Assembly: GCA_028866155.1 (NCBI GenBank)
Contig: JAGWIT010000001.1
Span: forward strand, 165 to 64,164
Length of the DNA: 64,000 nt
From: Patescibacteria group bacterium
Lineage (GTDB): Bacteria; Patescibacteriota; Minisyncoccia; Phycocordibacterales; SBAW01
Reading direction: 5' to 3'
Shown here: positions 60,209 to 64,000 of the stretch, piece by piece
Layout of the letters: each line of letters starts with the position of its first letter
Position numbering within the stretch: the first letter of the stretch is position 1
The notes under the pieces: model-generated
What the model was told of the DNA's origin: nothing
The model's database searches: none
What the model saw: the letters and a program-made list of their open reading frames with translations, nothing else
Position numbers and translations under genes: made by a program

Positions 60209-60895
60209 ATGACTTGGCAGAGATACTTTATTGCGTTCGTGATTACCGCGGCAATCTTTGGCACCGCTTTTTATATCGCCTCTAGGATAGACTCTGCGCG
60301 CATCGCCGACATCCGCTCGACCGAAGAAAATATTTCTATCGATATTCTCTCGTCTGAAACGCAATTCGAATTGCTCGGCAACCTCGACTGCCAGACGCTC
60401 TCCCAAAACTCGGGGCTTTCCGACGAGCTTAACTCTATAGCAAGTCAGCTCTCGGTGGCCGAGAGCAACTTAGGGAGCGACAACCCCGAAGTGCTCCAGC
60501 TTAAAGAACAATACTCGCTGTTTGAGATAAAAGATTATCTCCTGCTCCAAAGCATCTCGCAAAAGTGCGGCATCAAGCCGGTGTATATCCTCTATTTTTA
60601 TTCAAATGAGGGCAACTGTCCCGACTGCTCGCGCGCGGGCGACGTGCTCACCTATCTGCGGGAGACCTACCCGGGTCTGCGCGTCTATTCGTTCGACTAT
60701 AACCTCGACCTCTCGGCCTTAAAGACGCTCGAGTCATTGCGCAAAGTGCAGGTCAATGCTCAGAACCAACTGCCTGCGTTCGTTATCAACAACCGAGCGC
60801 CGGCCTATGGCTTTAAAGACCTCGCGGGCATGCAAACCCTCATTCCCGAACTAAAAACGCTCGCCACCTCGACGGCAACGAGCACGAGACAATAA
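60209..60895 (+). CDS. Membrane-anchored protein with CxxC thioredoxin-like domain
   Basis: N-terminal TM; LYFYS..CPDC. Confidence 0.7.
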   Translation: MTWQRYFIAFVITAAIFGTAFYIASRIDSARIADIRSTEENISIDILSSETQFELLGNLDCQTLSQNSGLSDELNSIASQLSVAESNLGSDNPEVLQLKEQYSLFEIKDYLLLQSISQKCGIKPVYILYFYSNEGNCPDCSRAGDVLTYLRETYPGLRVYSFDYNLDLSALKTLESLRKVQVNAQNQLPAFVINNRAPAYGFKDLAGMQTLIPELKTLATSTATSTRQ

Positions 60896-60906
60896 CAAAA
60901 AATCGG

Positions 60907-60979
60907 AGCCACCGCGAGGAATCGAACCCCGGACCAACGCTTTACAAAAGCGCCGCTCTACCAACTGAGCTACGGTGGC
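60907..60979 (-). tRNA. tRNA-Thr(UGU), CCA not encoded
   Basis: GCCACCGTAGCTCAGTTGGTAGAGCG...TGT anticodon...GTTCGATT...CGGTGGCT cloverleaf. Confidence 0.96.
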
Positions 60980-61387
60980 CTATTCTTCAACTATAGTGTT
61001 GCGGGAGCGATGAATCAACTTCTTTTTGTGGTCGGCAACCTCGCGCAAAAATGCGGACGCTTCGCCGGGCTCCCGCGGCGGCCCGGTCTTCTCGCGCACG
61101 GTGTGGAGTACCTTCTCAAGGGTGCGCTCGAACCACAGCACGCTCTGCGCCACAAAACGGTGAGCTAAAACGCGCAAGGTCTGTCCGGCGCGTGCAAGCT
61201 GCTCGCGCACGAGCGCGGGGATGATCTTCCCGGCCCACAGGAGCGTCCGCGAAACAAACGTCCCGACCAGGGGGCGCACCCCCGACAGCACCACGCGGCC
61301 GGTCGCGAGCTCGTAGCGCTTGAGCCAGAGCATGGCGACCATGCCGGCTATTGAGAGCGCGAGCAGAACGGTGAAGAAAAGCACCAT
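60980..61387 (-). CDS. Hypothetical membrane protein
   Basis: N-terminal TM; stop codon abuts the tRNA. Confidence 0.75.
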   Translation of the reverse strand: MVLFFTVLLALSIAGMVAMLWLKRYELATGRVVLSGVRPLVGTFVSRTLLWAGKIIPALVREQLARAGQTLRVLAHRFVAQSVLWFERTLEKVLHTVREKTGPPREPGEASAFLREVADHKKKLIHRSRNTIVEE

Positions 61388-61401
61388 AGCGCAAGTATAT
61401 C

Positions 61402-61854
61402 TTATTTGACGGCAAAAACGGAGAAGTCGGTTACTTCGATGCGTTCGCCGAACTTTTGCACCGCGCCGGAGAGAAGATCGCCTATGGTTTTGCCGGGGTC
61501 TTTGATGAACTGCTGCTGCATCAACTCTTCTTTATTTGCCGGGCGCATGGCCGAGGCATGCATCGCAATGTCGCGCGCCAGGCTCGCAAACTCCTCATTT
61601 TTTGAGACGAAATCGGTCTCGCACATAAGCAGCAGCATGGCGCCCACTTGCGCGCCCGCATGCACGTATGCCGCGACCGTGCCGGCGCCCAACTCGCGGC
61701 CGGCTTTTTTAGCGGCAGAGACCAAAGAGCGTTCTTTTAATATCTCAAGCGCGCGGGTCTCATCGCCCTCGGCCTCGGTCAGCGCTTTTTTGCACTCCAT
61801 GACGGAGACGCCCGTCTTGTCCCTTAATTGTTTAACTTGTTCACTCGTTATCAT
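61402..61854 (-). CDS. tsf: Elongation factor Ts (short, 150 aa)
   Basis: VKQLRDKTG..CKKAL, CETDFV. Confidence 0.95.
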   Translation of the reverse strand: MITSEQVKQLRDKTGVSVMECKKALTEAEGDETRALEILKERSLVSAAKKAGRELGAGTVAAYVHAGAQVGAMLLLMCETDFVSKNEEFASLARDIAMHASAMRPANKEELMQQQFIKDPGKTIGDLLSGAVQKFGERIEVTDFSVFAVK

Positions 61855-61855
61855 T

Positions 61856-62599
61856 TTAATGAACCGGTGCTGCCTCCGGCGCGGCGGCTGCGGTTGCCGG
61901 CACAGCGCCAAGATTGTCGGCATAGCTTCTCGCCGCTTCGTCGAGCACATAGGTGATGACCTGGACTGAGGCGTCATTGGCGGGGATGGGGTAGGTCACG
62001 AGCGAGCGGTCGCAATCGGAGTTCATGAGCGCGACCACGGGAATGTTGAGCTGGCGCGCTTCGGCAACGGCGCCGCTCTCCTGCCGCGGATCGACGATGA
62101 ACAAAACGTCGGGCACGCGCGCCATGCCTTTGAGGCCGCCGAACATGCGCTCAAGTTCCTGCGCCTCTCGGTCGATGAGCAGACGCTCGTGCTTGGTGAA
62201 CTTGGCTATCTCGCCCGAGGCGTGCATGTCGGATATTTCGCTGAGGCGGTTGAGGCGCTTTTTAATTTCGCTAAAATTAGTGAGCGAGCCGCCTATCCAG
62301 CGCGACGCGACATAGGGCTGACCTATGCGCTCGGCGGCGCGCTTGATTGCCTCGCGGGCCTCGGCCTTGCCGCCGATGAATAATATGACCTTGCGCTCTG
62401 CGGCCATCTTTTTAATAAACTCGAGTGCGGCCTCCAGGCACCCGGCGGTTTGCTCCAGGTCAAAAAGCTCGGTGCCGCCTTTGGCGCCGAAGATAAAAGC
62501 CGATGTGGATGGATGTCGGCGGCTCTGCGCATAGCCGAAGTGCGCGCCGACAGAAAACAGCTTGTCTATGACGGTTTTATTGTTGGTTTTAGAATCCAT
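61856..62599 (-). CDS. rpsB: 30S ribosomal protein S2
   Basis: GAHFG, RWIGGSLTN, IPANDA. Confidence 0.96.
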   Translation of the reverse strand: MDSKTNNKTVIDKLFSVGAHFGYAQSRRHPSTSAFIFGAKGGTELFDLEQTAGCLEAALEFIKKMAAERKVILFIGGKAEAREAIKRAAERIGQPYVASRWIGGSLTNFSEIKKRLNRLSEISDMHASGEIAKFTKHERLLIDREAQELERMFGGLKGMARVPDVLFIVDPRQESGAVAEARQLNIPVVALMNSDCDRSLVTYPIPANDASVQVITYVLDEAARSYADNLGAVPATAAAAPEAAPVH

Positions 62600-62651
62600 A
62601 TTCAAGAAAAAATGCCCCTCTGGGGACGCTTAGAATGTAGCATGGCGGGGC

Positions 62652-63542
62652 TCACGACGCAACCTCCTCTTGTGCCGCTTCAAGCGCATCTAAAACCGGC
62701 CCGAGGTTGCCGGCCAAAATGCCCGGCAAATTGTGCCAGCTCTCTTTGAGCCGGTGGTCGGTCAGGCGGTCTTGCAGGCTGTTGTAGGTGCGGATCTTCT
62801 CGCTACGGTCGCCGGTGCCAATTTGACCTTTGCGCAGTTCGGCGTGTTTTTTTGCCTCCTCTTCTTCCTGCAGGGCCTCGAGCTTGGCCATGAGCACGGC
62901 CATCGCGCGCTCGCGGTTGGCGTTCTGCGAGCGCTCCTCCTGCGAGCGCGCCTCAAGGCCGGTCGGGCGGTGGACCAAACGCACGGCCGTCTCGACCTTG
63001 TTGACGTTTTGGCCGCCGGCGCCGCCCGCGCGCGAAAACTCCATGTCGATGTCGGCCGGATTTAAATCAAATTTGTGTTTTTTGCGGATGGGCAAAATAG
63101 CGACCGATGCGGTCGAGGTGTGGATGCGGCCGGATTTCTCGGTCGCGGGTACGCGCTGTATCCGGTGCACGCCGGTCTCAAAGCGCAGGCGCTTGTAGAC
63201 GCCGAGGCCCTTTATCTCGAACGCGGCCTCTTTGTAGCCGCCGAGGTCGGTCTTGCTCTCATACAGCGTGCGGACATGCCATACCTGCTGTGCCGCATAG
63301 GCGCGATACATCGTGGCCAATTGCTCGGCAAACAAAGCCGCCTCTTCGCCGCCGGCGCCCGCGCGCACCTCGAGCACCGCCTCGTTGGGGAATTCTTCGC
63401 TCCCCTCTTCTTCTTTCAGAATGGCATCCATTTGGGTAATGAGCTCCTGCCTATCCGACTCGTTGCTCAAATATTGCAACGTGGCCGCCATGTAGGCGGT
63501 CTTGGGGTTGCTTTTGTAGCGGGAGAGGTCCGCCTCGTTCAT
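62652..63542 (-). CDS. prfA: Peptide chain release factor 1 (short N-terminus)
   Basis: GGEEA, QRVPATE (PxT), GGQNVNK. Confidence 0.95.
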   Translation of the reverse strand: MNEADLSRYKSNPKTAYMAATLQYLSNESDRQELITQMDAILKEEEGSEEFPNEAVLEVRAGAGGEEAALFAEQLATMYRAYAAQQVWHVRTLYESKTDLGGYKEAAFEIKGLGVYKRLRFETGVHRIQRVPATEKSGRIHTSTASVAILPIRKKHKFDLNPADIDMEFSRAGGAGGQNVNKVETAVRLVHRPTGLEARSQEERSQNANRERAMAVLMAKLEALQEEEEAKKHAELRKGQIGTGDRSEKIRTYNSLQDRLTDHRLKESWHNLPGILAGNLGPVLDALEAAQEEVAS

Positions 63543-63764
63543 CTACTTTGATTTCTTCTTAGTCGCGGCGGCGCGGCGCGCCTTAAACTTCTCAACACGT
63601 CCGGCGGTGTCGAGGATCTTGTCGTTGCCGGTGTAGAACGGATGGCAGTTGGAGCAGATTTCAACCTCCAATTTTTCTTTAGTAGAGCCAACGGTAAAGA
63701 CACGCCCGCATGCGCAGGTGACCTTGGCCTCAGGGAAGTAGGTCGGGTGCATATCCGTTTTCAT
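63543..63764 (-). CDS. rpmE: 50S ribosomal protein L31
   Basis: [27 protein letters not shown]. Confidence 0.96.
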   Translation of the reverse strand: MKTDMHPTYFPEAKVTCACGRVFTVGSTKEKLEVEICSNCHPFYTGNDKILDTAGRVEKFKARRAAATKKKSK

Positions 63765-63799
63765 GGCTGCATTATAGCATCGAAAATTGCGGCGTGCAA

Positions 63800-64000
63800 C
63801 TAACACTGTCCGTAGTAGAGCGTGTTGGCCTTCATCGCGGCTGCATCATTGCTGCCCGTTATCGTGTCGATATTCTCCTGAATTTGGAGTTCATAACAGA
63901 GCACCGCATTGCCGTAGAACTGGAGCGACCGGTTGCCCGAGTTGCCGCAGCCCGCGAGGTAGCACATCGCCGCTTTAAACTCGGCCGCCGGAGTTTTGGC
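63800..64000 (-). CDS. 3' end of a gene entering from outside the window (possibly lytic transglycosylase-like)
   Basis: Open frame [17 protein letters not shown]...FYGNAVL...YYGQC*. Confidence 0.55.
   Translation of the reverse strand, partial: AKTPAAEFKAAMCYLAGCGNSGNRSLQFYGNAVLCYELQIQENIDTITGSNDAAAMKANTLYYGQC

Noticed and set aside
60896-60979. Integrative element at tRNA-Thr
   Set aside because: No integrase and no duplicated tRNA 3' end found in the window.
62652-62654. Alternative genetic code (TGA recoding)
   Set aside because: TGA terminates genes at plausible ends (prfA, GT genes) and core ORFs are uninterrupted under code 11.

Overview
Chromosomal segment of a GC-rich, genome-reduced bacterium using the standard genetic code. 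Gene content and protein architecture point to Patescibacteria/CPR (Parcubacteria-like); this placement is inference. 0.4-13.7 kb: a surface-glycan locus (glycoside hydrolase, Wzx flippase fused to an ATP-grasp-like domain, DUF2206-like polytopic membrane protein, tandem GT4-GT4, deacetylase, GT2-GT4, DUF1616-like protein). 13.9-48 kb and 54-64 kb: core genes (class Ic-type nrdAB, truB, hisS, rpoD, dnaG, a single fused rpoB-rpoC, trmD, rpsP, rnr, smc, rnc, nusB fused to NUDIX, rpmF, rnhB, dnaE, thrS, gyrB, pheST, tRNA-Thr, tsf, rpsB, prfA, rpmE). 48.2-54 kb: a sortase, a Tyr-rich repeat protein with a VPYTG sorting-like motif, and three orphan exported or membrane proteins. The most striking observations are: (1) at least four families of short palindromic elements sitting in frame inside essential genes, with family members recurring in unrelated genes and sometimes in different reading frames; (2) a TANNNT -10 box 6-7 nt before the start codon of at least 13 genes, suggesting pervasive leaderless mRNAs; (3) a short SMC with no recognisable hinge; (4) a candidate sortase/VPYTG anchoring system; (5) systematic domain trimming of core proteins. 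No CRISPR array, rRNA, transposase or integrase was seen. All family assignments come from motif recognition, not database searches.
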